A stretch of 64,000 bases of DNA, taken from positions 186,001 to 250,000 of the forward strand of contig NIVC01000032.1 in NCBI GenBank assembly GCA_002269645.1. The letters run 5' to 3'. The DNA comes from Macrostomum lignano (taxonomy: Eukaryota). The notes beneath the pieces were generated by a model. The model searched no databases and had not been told where the DNA came from. It saw only the letters and a list, made by a program, of their open reading frames with translations. Shown piece by piece: positions 10,571 through 23,041 of the stretch; position 1 is the stretch's first letter; each line of letters opens with the position of its first letter. Both the position numbers and the translations under genes were made by a program.

Positions 10571-12067
10571 TTGATATGTTTTCTGTCTAAACATGGAGTC
10601 TCAGCTTCATAACTCAATCAGGACAGGACAGAAACTATGAGCATGTGAAGTTTGCCTGATTTTTATCTATTCTTTCGCCTGTGGAGTAGTAGAGCAGTTA
10701 GAGAAAACAGGGAAACATAGAAAGCTATAGAAAACAGAGGGAGAGAGACGAGATGAAAAAGCAGTAGACAAGAAGACAGATAGAGCAGCAGAGAGGACAG
10801 ATGAAAGGGAGGCAGGGCAGATGCAAGAGAGGGAGGATGAAAAAGGGTACAGCGGAAGAGAAGACCGGGATAACAGAGTGAGAGTATAGACAGATCGAAG
10901 GGGGGAGGGAGAACAGTGTGAACAAAGGGAGAGAGGAGAGTAGACAGATAGAAGGGACTGAGGAATAGGTTGAGAGAGGACAGATGGAGAGAAAAAGAGA
11001 CAGTAGAATCTTGCTTAAATAAACCGACGGAATCGAAATCGTAGACCTTGTTTGGTTTTTCCTAACTTCCATTGCACTAGCTATTTAAATATTTTTTGTT
11101 AGATTTTAAATCAAAGAAGCAAAAGAGATACAGGGTTCCAAATTCTGTGGGTTTAAATTCCAGATGTTAAAGCAGCGTGTTTTCACCAAAACAAATATAT
11201 AAATAATCAATAGTTAGTTTTGCCTGCAGAGAAATATCCAAGCTGCGCAACGGCATCCAGGAATAAAAAATCTGCGATTTTAGTGGACACTACTCAAAGC
11301 TGTAACAGCTGCTGCAGCATTTTTCAGATCATTGATTATGGATTTCTGGCCAACAGGAACAGCATGAAGTCAAGCATTGCAGACACTACTCGTAGTTTCA
11401 CCCAGTGAGGAGCACTTAATTCTACTTCTAAGGGGCATTTTAAGCCGGCATGTTCGATCAGCAGGTTTAGCAGCAATTAAAAATAGATGGCAAAGACAAG
11501 CTCACTTTCTAAAAGCGCAAATATTTAATATTTATCGTCTATTTGATGCTTTTAATCTTCTTTCGACTGCAAACAAAAATTTGTTCTCGGGGGGCCTGCA
11601 ACTCTACGCTACTAAAAGTAGTCTGATGCGCATTTAAATTTTTATTAAACTCTACACATCTTTCCGGAAAAATAATTTCACAATGTTGGCACTAGGCAAC
11701 AGCAAATATTTCCCTAACGTTTATTGTAAAGAGTAGCCACCTATTATTGTGATAAAAAACGGTTCTCCCGCTAAGCTGTAAGGGCAATGCTATTAAATAA
11801 AGCTGCCTTGAACATGAAACATGCCAAATTTAGGTTGCCGCCTCATAGGCCGCCCGGCGATCACCGGGCGGCTTCGATTAGGATTTAAAAAATCGTACTT
11901 ATTAAGGCGAAATAAAGTATTACGATTACAAAATCACAATTTCTCATTGAAAAATCAGATCATCCTTCATTGTAAAGTGAAAATAAAAATATTTACTGAC
12001 TGCCCTCACAGGCGGTCGCGAGGGCGCACACCGCCCACTGTACGCCCCACTTAGTTGTCCCACTGGG

Positions 12068-14793
12068 TATCTGGGGAGATGCTTGCTATCTGGGGATGCT
12101 TGCTATCTGGGTGGATGCTTGCTATCTGGGGAGATGCTTGCTATCTGGGGGGATGCTTGCTATCTGGGGGGATGCTTGCTATCTGGGGGGATGCTTGCTA
12201 TCTCGGGAGATGCTTGCTATCTGGGGAGATGCTTGCTATCTGGGGATGCTTGCTATCTGGGGATGCTTGCTATCTGGGGAGATGCTTGCTAGCTGGGTGG
12301 ATGCTTGCTATCTGGGGGGATGCTTGCTATCTGGGGGGATGCTTGCTATCTGGGGAGATGCTTGCTATCTGGGTGGATGCTTGCTATCTGGGGGGATGCT
12401 TGCTATCTGGGGGGATGCTTGCTATCTGGGGGGATGCTTGCTATCTCGGGAGATGCTTGCTATCTGGGGATGCTTGCTATCTGGGGAGATGCTTGCTATC
12501 TCGGGAGATGCTTGCTATCTGGGGATGCTTGCTATCTGGGTGGATGCTTGCTATCTGGGGATGCTTGCTATCTGGGGATGCTTGCTATCTGGGGAGATGC
12601 TTGCTATCTGGGGATGCTTGCTATCTGGGTGGATGCTTGCTATCTGGGGGGATGCTTGCTATCTAGGGGGATGCTTGCTATCTCGGGAGATGCTTGCTAT
12701 CTGGGTGGATGCTTGCTATCTGGGGAGATGCTTGCTATCTGGGGGGATGCTTGCTATCTGGGGGGATGCTTGCTATCTGGGGAGATGCTTGCTATCTGGG
12801 GATGCTTGCTATCTGGGGAGATGCTTGCTATCTGGGGAGATGCTTGGATTGCTTGCTATCTGGGGAGATGCTTGGATTGCTTGCTATCTGGGGAGATGCT
12901 TGCTATCTGGGGATGCTTGCTATCTGGGTGGATGCTTGGATTGCTTGCTATCTGGGGGGATGCTTGCTATCTGGGGAGATGCTTGCTATCTGGGGATGCT
13001 TGCTATCTGGGGAGATGCTTGCTATCTGGGGATGCTTGCTATCTGGGTGGATGCTTGCTATCTGGGGATGCTTGCTATCTGGGGAGATGCTTGCTATCTG
13101 GGGATGCTTGCTATCTGGGGAAATGCTTGCTATATGGGGAGATGCTTGCTATCTGGGTGGATGCTTGCTATCTGGGGAGATGCTTGCTATCTGGGTGGAT
13201 GCTTGCTATCTGGGGAGATGCTTGCTATCTGGGTGGATGCTTGCTATCTGGGGGGATGCTTGCTATCTGGGGGGATGCTTGCTATCTCGGGAGATGCTTG
13301 CTATCTGGGTGGATGCTTGCTATCTGGGGAGATGCTTGCTATCTGGGGAGATGCTTGCTAGCTGGGTGGATGCTTGCTATCTGGGGGGATGCTTGCTATC
13401 TGGGGGGATGCTTGCTATCTCGGGAGATGCTTGCTATCTGGGGATGCTTGCTATCTGGGGAGATGCTTGCTATCTGGGGATGCTTGCTATCTGGGGGGAT
13501 GCTTGCTATCTCGGGAGATGCTTGCTATCTGGGGATGCTTGCTATCTGGGGAGATGCTTGCTATCTGGGGGGATGCTTGCTATCTGGGGGATGCTTGCTA
13601 TCTGGGGGATGCTTGCTATCTGGGGGGATGCTTGCTATCTGGGGAGATGCTTGCTATCTGGGTGGATGCTTGCTATCTGGGGAGATGCTTGCTATCTGGG
13701 TGGATGCTTGCTATCTGGGGAGATGCTTGCTATCTGGGTGGATGCTTGGATTGCTTGCTATCTGGGGGGATGCTTGCTATCTGGGGAGATGCTTGCTATC
13801 TGGGGATGCTTGCTCTCTGGGGAGATGCTTGGATTGCTTGCTATCTGGGGAGATGCTTGGATTGCTTGCTATCTGGGGAGATGCTTGGATTGCTTGCTAT
13901 CTGGGGAGATGCTTGGATTGCTTGCTATCTGGGGAGATGCTTGCTATCTGGGGATGCTTGCTATCTGGGTGGATGCTTGGATTGCTTGCTATCTGGGGGG
14001 ATGCTTGCTATCTGGGGAGATGCTTGCTATCTGGGGATTCTTGCTATCTGGGGAGATGCTTGCTATCTGGGGATGCTTGCTATCTGGGGAGATGCTTGCT
14101 ATCTGGGGATGCTTGCTATCTGGGGAGATGCTTGCTATATGGGGAGATGCTTGCTATCTGGGTGGATGCTTGCTATCTGGGGAGATGCTTGCTATCTGGG
14201 TGGATGCTTGCTATCTGGGGAGATGCTTGCTATCTGGGTGGATGCTTGCTATCTGGGGGGATGCTTGCTATCTGGGGGATGCTTGCTATCTGGGGGGATG
14301 CTTGCTATCTAGGGGGATGCTTGCTATCTCGGGAGATGCTTGCTATCTGGGTGGATGCTTGCTATCTGGGGAGATGCTTGCTATCTGGGGAGATGCTTGC
14401 TAGCTGGGTGGATGCTTGCTATCTGGGTGGATGCTTGCTATCTGGGGGGATGCTTGCTATCTGGGGATGCTTGCTATCTGGGGAGATGCTTGCTATCTGG
14501 GGATGCTTGCTATCTGGGGGGATGCTTGCTATCTCGGGAGATGCTTGCTATCTGGGGATGCTTGCTATCTGGGGAGATGCTTGCTATCTGGGGGGATGCT
14601 TGCTATCTGGGGGGATGCTTGCTATCTGGGGGGATGCTTGCTATCTGGGGGGATGCTTGCTATCTGGGGGGATGCTTGCTATCTGGGGATGCTTGCTATC
14701 TGGGTGGATGCTTGCTATCTGGGGAGATGCTTGCTATCTGGGTGGATGCTTGCTATCTGGGTGGATGCTTGCTATCTGAGGAGATGCTTGCTC
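12068..14793 (+). repeat. Right arm of the same G-rich satellite, with ~1.05 kb internal periodicity
   Basis: Same unit as 1-2609. The rare variant gcttgctagctgggtgg recurs at about 12285, 13355 and 14396. The array degenerates at 14790-14870. Confidence 0.98.
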
Positions 14794-15054
14794 GGGGGAA
14801 TCGCTGAGATGTCGAAGCTTACTGAAGGAAATGCTGAGAGGTCAAGGCTTACTGGGGGAATTGCTTGGGTGTCAAAGGCAAATAGGATTTATATAAATAT
14901 TTTTGTCCCTTGCTTATTTGGCGCCCTGAAGGGGGCACTAGATTGCTAGTTGGGGCTAAACTGTAATCTTGGCTTGGCTCTGCTCGTACAATTAACTCCC
15001 AATTGAAGGCCAACCCCCAAGGCACAGTGAAATGTGCATGCCTTAACGATAAAT

Positions 15055-15167
15055 AAAGTCAGGGCCGCTGTACACTCCTGTGCGACTGTGTGCCCGTGCG
15101 TATGACTGTGTACGTATCCGCGCACTTGTGTGCCTGCTCAGGGGAGTCGGCGGAATGGGCAGTAATG
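15055..15167 (+). repeat. Dispersed ~110-bp repeat family (copy 1)
   Basis: aaagtcagggccgctgtacactcctgtg...ggcggaatgggcag also occurs at 41350-41462 (+), diverged at about 30495-30607 (-), and as a terminal piece at 36471-36500 (-). Confidence 0.75.
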
Positions 15168-15223
15168 TCTAGCTCAGCTACAATGTACATAATGTCAGAC
15201 AACTAACAGGAGCCGCCACTTAC

Positions 15224-18015
15224 CAACAATTGGGCTGAATATTACTTGAGCCAATGGCAAAACACCAAATATCCATCCGCTAACCGTACTTGAGACGCCT
15301 TTGGCTTCAGCTTCGCTAGGAAAAAATGGTGCCATAATTGATAACATAACATTTGAGCACAGCTCGCCAAGGCAAAGCGATACGAGCAGCAGTTTTCGTT
15401 TTCTACTCAATGCTCGAAATGAGAATGGCACAAAAATTGAAGATTCGTCTGATGATGAACTTCCGCAGGCACTTTCCACAGCGGTTTGATCCGCATCTTC
15501 AACTTTGATGTCCAGATTCACTGTTGGCAATTAATTTGGGATTGCGAAGTGCATATTAACGCTGACATTTCCCAACCAGATTCCTCCCAATTCCACTAAC
15601 ATTGTTACATTCCCCATTTAGATTCTTCCCAATCCCACCAACATTTCCTATTTAGATTCTTACCAATCCCACAAACATTTCCCATTTAGGTTCTTCCCAA
15701 TCCCACCAACATTTCCTATTTAGATTCTTACCAATCCCAAAAACATTCCCCATTTAGGTTCTTCCCAATCCCACCAACATTCCCCACTTATATTTTTCCC
15801 AATTCCACCAACATTTCCCATTTAGTTTCTTCCCAATCCCACCAACATTCCTCATTTAGATTTTTCCCAATCCCACCAACATTCCCCATTTATATATTTC
15901 CCAATTCCACCAACATTTCCCATTTAGGTTCTTCCCAATCCCACAAACATTTCCCATTTAGATTCTTCCCAATCCCACCAACATTTCCTATTTAGATTCT
16001 TACCAATCCCACAAACATTTCCCATTTAGATTCTTCCCAATCCCACCAACATTTCCTATTTAGATTCTTACCAATCCCACAAACATTCCCCATTTATATT
16101 TTTCCCAATTCCACCAACATTTCCCATTTAGGTTCTTCCCAATCCCACCAACATTCCTCATTTAGATTTTTCCCAATCCCACCAACATTCCCCATTTATA
16201 TATTTCCCAATTCCACCAACATTTCCCATTTAGGTTCTTCCCAATCCCACCAACATTCCTCATTTAGATTTTTCCAAATTCCGCCAACATTTTCTCATTT
16301 AGATTCCTCCCAATTCCACCAATATTTCCTCATTTAGATTTTTCCAAATTCCACCAACATTTTCTCATTTAGATTCCTCCCAATTCTACCAATATTTCCT
16401 CATTTAGATTTTTCCAAATTCCACCAACATTTTCTCATTTAGATTCCTCCCAATTCCACCAATATTTCCTCATTTAGATTTTTCCAAATTCCACCAACAT
16501 TTTCTCATTCAGATTTTTCCCAATTCTACCAATATTTCCTCATTTAGATTTTTCCAAATTCCACAAACATTCCCCATTTATATTTTTCCCAATTCCACCA
16601 ACATTTCCCATTTAGGTTCTTCCCAATCCCACCAACATTCCTCATTTAGATTTTTCCCAATCCCACCAACATTCCCCATTTATATATTTCCCAATTCCAC
16701 CAACATTTCCCATTTAGGTTCTTCCCAATCCCACCAACATTCCTCATTTAGATTTTTCCAAATTCCACCAACATTTTCTCATTTAGATTCCTCCCAATTC
16801 CACCAATATTTCCTCATTTAGATTTTTCCAAATTCCACCAACATTTTCTCATTTAGATTCCTCCCAATTCCACCAATATTTCCTCATTTAGATTTTTCCA
16901 AATTCCACCAACATTTTCTCATTTAGATTCCTCCCAATTCCACCAATATTTCCTCATTTAGATTTTTCCAAATTCCACCAACATTTTCTCATTCAGATTT
17001 TTCCCAATTCTACCAATATTTCCTCATTTAGATTTTTCCAAATTCCACAAACATTCCCCATTTATATTTTTCCCAATTCCACCAACATTTCCCATTTAGG
17101 TTCTTCCCAATCCCACCAACATTCCTCATTTAGATTTTTCCCAATCCCACCAACATTCCCCATTTATATATTTCCCAATTCCACCAACATTTCCCATTTA
17201 GGTTCTTCCCAATCCCACCAACATTCCTCATTTAGATTTTTCCAAATTCCACCAACATTTTCTCATTTAGATTCCTCCCAATTCCACCAATATTTCCTCA
17301 TTTAGATTTTTCCAAATTCCACCAACATTTTCTCATTTAGATTCCTCCCAATTCCACCAATATTTCCTCATTTAGATTTTTCCAAATTCCACCAACATTT
17401 TCTCATTTAGATTCCTCCCAATTCCACCAATATTTCCTCATTTAGATTTTTCCAAATTCCACCAACATTTTCTCATTTAGATTCCTCCCAATTCTACCAA
17501 TATTTCCTCATTTAGATTTTTCCCAATTCCACCAACATTCCCCATTCAGAATCTTCACAATTCCACTAAAATTTCCTATTCAGAATCTTCCCAATTCCAC
17601 CAACATTCCCCATTTAGATTCTTCTTGATTCCACTAACATTTCCCATTCAGAATCTTATCAATTTCACTTAAATTTTTCACTTAAAGTTTTCTTAGAGAC
17701 AAAACCTAAAAAAACAGTTAACAAAATGTTCTTTCTACACTCACCATAAATAGGGTTTGAAACAGCCTGAACTTGAGCTGGCTCAATGCCTTCTTGTTGA
17801 ACTACTGATCTATGATGCTTCACAAACACATCATCATTGTTATTAGCTGAACTAGCTCTGCTTGGCAAATTTGCAGATATATTAGTCGTTGAAGCATTCC
17901 TATTGCTACGAGATCCAGATGAAACAGGCAAAAGTATTTGACCAGATACATTGCCATTTATTAGCCCATTATAGTCATTAGAATTGTCATCACTGGCAAA
18001 TTGGGTGCCATGCAT
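15224..18015 (-). CDS. SLC18B1: MFS transporter SLC18B1-like, exons 1-2 (18015-17745; 15520-15224); remaining exons lie outside the window
   Basis: Exon 2 encodes LCSNVMLSIMAPFFPSEAEAKGVSSTVSGWIFG, which matches SLC18B1 TM1-TM2. Phase-1 GT-AG junctions: TATG|gtgag...ccaacag|TG and GTTG|gtaag. Confidence 0.8.
15570..17665 (+). repeat. 34-bp minisatellite filling intron 1 of the SLC18B1-like gene
   Basis: Unit ttcccatttagattcttcccaatcccaccaacat, about 60 copies, with variant blocks. Confidence 0.95.
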
Positions 18016-18423
18016 ACTGCTTCAACTTGGACCTTGTTAGGAATATAATTATAAGCAATTTTGAATTTATCAAATATATCTTGCCTGACCTGAGCTGCCA
18101 GTTTTTAATCTTGGTCTTTGTTTTATTAGAAATTAGTTGAATATCACAAGTCTTTATTATTTAATTAAAATTATAAGACAATGATTTATTCAAGCAAAGA
18201 ATGTTTTGCAGCAATAAAAAGGAAAAATATATATCATAATCAATATAGCATTAAATAAAAACTAATATTTTATATTTATTAGGTTATTGATTTTCAACTA
18301 ATAGTTTTAAAATAAATATAATTTCGGTATTAAAATATTTTGATTATATTTTTATTTCAAGACAAAGTATAAAAAATAAGCATCTAGGTTTTACAATAAA
18401 AAATAAAAAATAAAAAATTTGGG

Positions 18424-18565
18424 GGGTTGGCTCTCAAGGCTATTAATTGCACAAGCAGAGTCAAGCCGAGATTCCAATTTAGCCCCAAATTAATGACTGC
18501 ACTTGGAATCGAGCCTGGGTCGCTAGCATACCAGAGCCTATGCTAGACCACTAGGCTATGGCCCC
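18424..18565 (-). mobile_element. tRNA-derived SINE (family 2), degenerate
   Basis: The minus strand reads GGGGCCATAGCCTAGTGG (A box)...GGCTCGATTCC (B box), then the body ttggggctaaattggaatctcggcttg. A headless body copy is at about 14950-15020 and a weaker one at about 57583-57665. Confidence 0.55.
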
Positions 18566-18974
18566 CTTAGTTTTTAACTTGGTATCCTAGTTAGCACCTA
18601 GGTCAATCTAAGATTAAAAAACCAAATGATATAATTTTAATATTGAAAAACCTACTAGATATATAATATTATAAAAGGCTTATTTTAATCAATATAAATA
18701 GGTTATTTGGATAATTTATAAAAAGCAGAATGATTAAGCCTGGGTATAATTTCATTTATTTTTTTGGAATTAGGTCTATTTTAATTACTAATATTTTAAA
18801 AAATTTTAAAATTATTTTTAAAATAGGCTTAGCCTATACTATATTAATAGGGCCTATATTAATTAATATGATCTATTAGTATTATTTACATAGAAATATT
18901 TAAATAAGCCTAGCTAAATAGATTTGCCAATAAATATTGATACTATAACTAAGCTAAGTTAGACCTAGTATTGC

Positions 18975-20615
18975 CTTAATATATTGCCTTTGCGCACCAG
19001 ACCAGATGTCTCAGGGTCATACTTGACTACTGGCTCAACTGGTCTTTCCACGTGAAAGCAAAAGCCAAGCGTGCCTCAGCCATCCTGGCCCAGCTCCATC
19101 GAGCACTTGGCACTTTTTGGGGTCTTTCCCTAAAACAGCTTTGGTGGATCTACACTTCCGTAGTTAGACCTGCCATTATGTATGCCTTGGTTGTCTGGGT
19201 TAGCACTACCCAGGTCAAAAGCCACGTAGATTTGCTCAACACGATTGAGGGCAGAGCATGTAGGCTTATCTGCAACGCCACTAGGTTCATGCCCTTTGCC
19301 GGCATGGGGGCCTTCCTTAATCTACCGCCTCTTGACCTCTTTGTCAGGGGTAAGGTGGCTAGAACGACCTGGCATTTACTTGATACCGGTGTCAAATTCC
19401 TTTACATGAGGGCACCTGCTAAGTGGAACCTTATCCTGCATAGCGACTTGTGCCTCAACTTCCTTAACAAGTGTTAGGCCAATCGAGTCTTCACCAATGG
19501 CATTGCCTCAATGCTCAACCTGAGACAACACTACTCTGTAGCTATCGACTTATGCGATACTATCAATGACTACTAGAACCCTGGTGAGCTTCATTGCTAC
19601 ACCGATGGTTCTAAGCAGTCAGCTAACACTGGTTTTGGTGTTGGAATCTTCCTGAATGGGAGGGTTATCGCAACCCATGCTCAGTACACTGGGGTCAACT
19701 CTAGTGTCTTCCAAAATAAAGTTCTTGCCATCAGCTCTTGCACCACAGAGCTCCTCGCCACTGGCGTTACCAGTAAGAATAGGGCCTATCATTTTCTATT
19801 TGGACAGCCAAGCTGCCTTGTACGCCATTAGCAGCTGCAGCACCAATTCTACTACAGTCCTTGACTATATCAAACTCCTCAACATGTTGGGCTCCACCAA
19901 CAAAATCACCCTCAAGTGGGTTCCGGGGCATGTGGGGATCCTAGGAAATGAGTTGGCTGACACCCTTGCAAAAGTTGGCGTCTCCGGCTCCTTTCTTGGT
20001 CCTAAACCCCTTGTCCCAATTCCTGGCTGTGTCATTGACTTGCACATCAAAGTGTGGATCACGACCCAGCACCGCTCAACTTGGGCGAACTGCACCACTT
20101 GCAGGCAATCCAGAGGCGCTGGCCCTCAGCCCTCTCACTAGCTCCGGAAGCTCCTCTTGCGCCTCTTGCGCAAAGACATCTGGGCGCAAAGACAAAGACC
20201 CTCTCAGGTCACAGCTGCTTCTCTAGGCACCAGTACGTGCAGGGCAACGCCATCAATGCCATCTGCAGTTTTTGTAACTTAGGTGACAAAACTGCTGAGC
20301 ATTTTGTCAGCATCTGTCCCACCTTTATGCGAGCCAGACTCACTTACCTCGAGCCACACATATCTATTACTAAAGTGTGCAAATCCGAAAACTTTAATCA
20401 GCTCATGCGCTACCTCCGGGCCACCCGCAAGGCTGAACTATCCTTTCTAGAGAGCACCATAGCTGCTGGCAACACTGGGGGACCTCCCTGGGCGACACCA
20501 ACCCTTTGTCTATAGTGACGCGTCAGCTATTCAGGGATTAGCAGAATGGGCATTTGCGCCTTCCCGCTGTGTCCCCCTGGGACAGCCCTGTAGCTAAGTA
20601 AAGTCAAGTAAGTCA
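18975..20615 (+). mobile_element. 5'-truncated, decayed non-LTR retrotransposon (RNase H-bearing R1/Loa/I-group): end of RT, RNase H, C-terminal CCHC
   Basis: Motifs LWWIYTSVVRPAIMYA, CYTDGSK, LDSQAAL, LKWVPGHVGILGNELADTLAK and CSFC...EHFVSICP. In-frame TAG stops and frameshifts. (AAGTC/AAGT)n tail. A 14-bp TSD agacctagtattgc is at 18961-18974 and 20616-20629. Confidence 0.9.
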
Positions 20616-21624
20616 AGACCTAGTATTGCAAAGTAGCCTGAATAAGCCTAGGCCTTGTATTTATAGGGCCTAAGCTATGCTAGTTATGGCCTAGCTAAGC
20701 AATTGGACTATGCCTATGGTTTCCAATCAATCAAGCAACAAGATAATCCAGTGACGGCAATAGACAATCTAGTGACAGTCAAATCAGCAAGACAATTTGG
20801 TGACAGATTTTGTAATATAGATATTATATATTTTAAGTACAAACAAAATTTAATATAAATGTAGATTTAATTTTATATAGAAAGAATGTTTTTTACTATT
20901 AATTATAGAACAGCTATAGCCATAGGCCCCCCTAGTATTTTTTTAATAAAATGGCACACATTATAACTATATTTTTGACATAATTTAAGCTAGGGTGTAG
21001 GCCTAACAATAATATCAAACATTTTAAATGTATTTTATTATAAGATCACTGGATAATTAATGTGCAGCCAAGCCAGCCATTAGTGAAAAAAGAAAGAATA
21101 GGCCTATATAGGACTATAATAGGCCACTTCCACCGATAAGACCAGAGAAAACCTGATAAAGTACAAGTGTCATGCTTGTACATTAGGCCTAGTGCCGGCG
21201 TGTGCCGCGTGTATAGCTGTTTACACGTCTGTTTTCTTTTATGGATCATGTGAGTTGACAGAAATGTGAACTCGTTCGATGTGTGAATTAAGACTAAATC
21301 GGTGCCAAAAAACGATTCCGGAATCATTAATTCAATTTAATATCTCATTCAAGCACTCAAGTAAAAAATGCTAACTTAAAAAAGTAAAAAAAAGGCTGAT
21401 TCGCTCATTTCTGCCCAAGACAGCCTAACTAAATTAGTATTGTAACACCATAAATACAACACTATAATTAAATGCTATTGGTCTTAACGTGTAGGTACTA
21501 GGTACTCATTTCCTTAATTTACTATTTCATCTTCAGACTGTGCCCTCGAAAGGAAAATGATTCACAAGTAATATAATATAGCTAATATGTTACGAGTATA
21601 AACTCTCTCTCAATACACTTAAAT

Positions 21625-21710
21625 TCACGCGATTTTTATCCGTTTGTTTGTCAGTTTGATATCTCTCTGAAACTACTGGCACAACTTTGATGGGACGACA
21701 TGCGACAGAA
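21625..21710 (+). mobile_element. Possible Helitron/HINE-type non-autonomous fragment
   Basis: atccgtttgtttgtcagtttgatatctctctgaaactactgg...tttgatg resembles the microsatellite-plus-atctc..aaactact core common to such elements. Resemblance only. Confidence 0.3.
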
Positions 21711-21904
21711 AGAGAGCGGACCCAAAATAGAAGCCTACAATTACAGACAGGATCATTGACATTACTATCATCAGCTGCAGCCGGCGCCAACAGTTTCCCA
21801 TTGATTTCTTAAGCTCTGAAGCAGAGGTCGGCTAACTCCGGCCTGCAACCCTCAACCCTAGGTCCTTTGAAACTTCACTCAATGTAGCAAGGTTTGCAGT
21901 CTCA

Positions 21905-22460
21905 ACTCGACTCTCTTCTCTATCCCTTCTTCTCTACCTTCTTGCCTCGCCTTTTTTCTCCCCTCTTTTATCTTTGTTTCCGCTCCTAACTCTCCCCTTT
22001 CCCTTCTCTCTCCCCTCTATTTCATCTTCCCTCTTCTCTCCACTCTCCCCTCTCTCCCCCTCTTCTTCCCCTTTTCTCTCTCCCCTCTTCTCTTATCTTC
22101 AGCAAAAATGTCGGAAAATTTTCTTACCTCGAATGAGAGGGAATAGAATATTAAAGATAAGCAAACAGAGGAGAGGCGAGAGATTCGATATAAAAGAAAA
22201 GGTAGAAGAGAAGAGAAGAGAAGAGAAGAGGGGAGGAGAGAGATCAGGGAGAAGAGCAGAGGAGAGGAGAGAGGAGAGAAGATGGGAGAGAAGCGAGAGG
22301 AGAGGGGAGAGAGGTGGGAAGGGAGAGAGAAGTGAGAACAAAGAGAGAGTACGCAGAGAGGGGGCAGATATGAGAGAGTAGAGAGGAGACATGAGAGACT
22401 AGAGAGGGAAGAGACGAGAGCAGAGAAAAGGAAAGAGAAGAGAGAAGGCGGAAGAGAAGA
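21905..22460. repeat. Low-complexity CT-rich block followed by a GA-rich block
   Basis: Pyrimidine tract about 21905-22100 and purine tract about 22135-22460. Confidence 0.8.
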
Positions 22461-22779
22461 GTGAGGGTGTATTTTGCTACGAATCTTCTTATTAGCTTAT
22501 CTTTTCGAACAAAATGTTTCTGATTGAAAAAATATAGTTGATGAAAGCTTCTTGCATTTTTTATAAAATATGCAGACAACGAAAATGCACAATTGAAATA
22601 CAAAAAGTCATTATTTGAAGACGAATCAGAATTCTTCAAATGTATAACTGCAGTGTACATGTGAATTGATTTGAGCAATCTTTCACTCGCGAAGCTACTG
22701 GCCCACAAGGCTCTTTGTATTTGTATTTATTTTTCATAAACAGCGTCTAGTACAAAATAATATCCACGAACATGCACGT

Positions 22780-22802
22780 TGACGTCACCTGGGGCTATAT
22801 AA
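22780..22802 (+). promoter_or_regulatory. CRE-like palindrome and TATA box upstream of the PAN/LamG-like gene
   Basis: TGACGTCA at about 22780-22787 and TATATAA at about 22796-22802. A donor (aaag|gtacag, ~22859) and an acceptor (taatag|, 23005) follow. Confidence 0.35.
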
Positions 22803-23041
22803 CACCTTGCGCAGAGAAGAAGCGAGACCCTGGAGCGACACCCTGGGCAACGCTGAAAGGTACAGCTACATGTATATAGCTACCAGACCTCGTCCCTAGA
22901 CTGTCCGCGTCTGGGGGGTGTGGTAGCTGAAATTGCGGCAAAGATTCCATAATCTGGACAGCGGGCCCGGGCTGTTTGAAAGTACACACCATTCCCTCTT
23001 AATAGCCCCGAGACTACGCGTCACGCAAACACGTGAGCGTG

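Larger units (their letters stand above)
2610..12067 (+). mobile_element. CMC/EnSpm (CACTA-like, animal type) DNA transposon, 9458 bp, inserted in the satellite
   Basis: Perfect 11-bp TIRs: CCCAGTGGGAC at 2610-2620 and GTCCCACTGGG at 12057-12067. A 2-bp TA duplication (2608-2609 / 12068-12069) matches the TA of the satellite unit gcttgcTAtctgggg. The element has CCC...GGG ends, GC-rich subterminal repeats and an internal transposase. Confidence 0.9.

Noticed and set aside
10-14949. Very long overlapping ORFs (up to 901 aa, MLAIWGDACYLG repeats) in all three + frames
   Set aside because: The satellite unit simply lacks stop codons. The frames shift with G-run length, and there is no coding signature.
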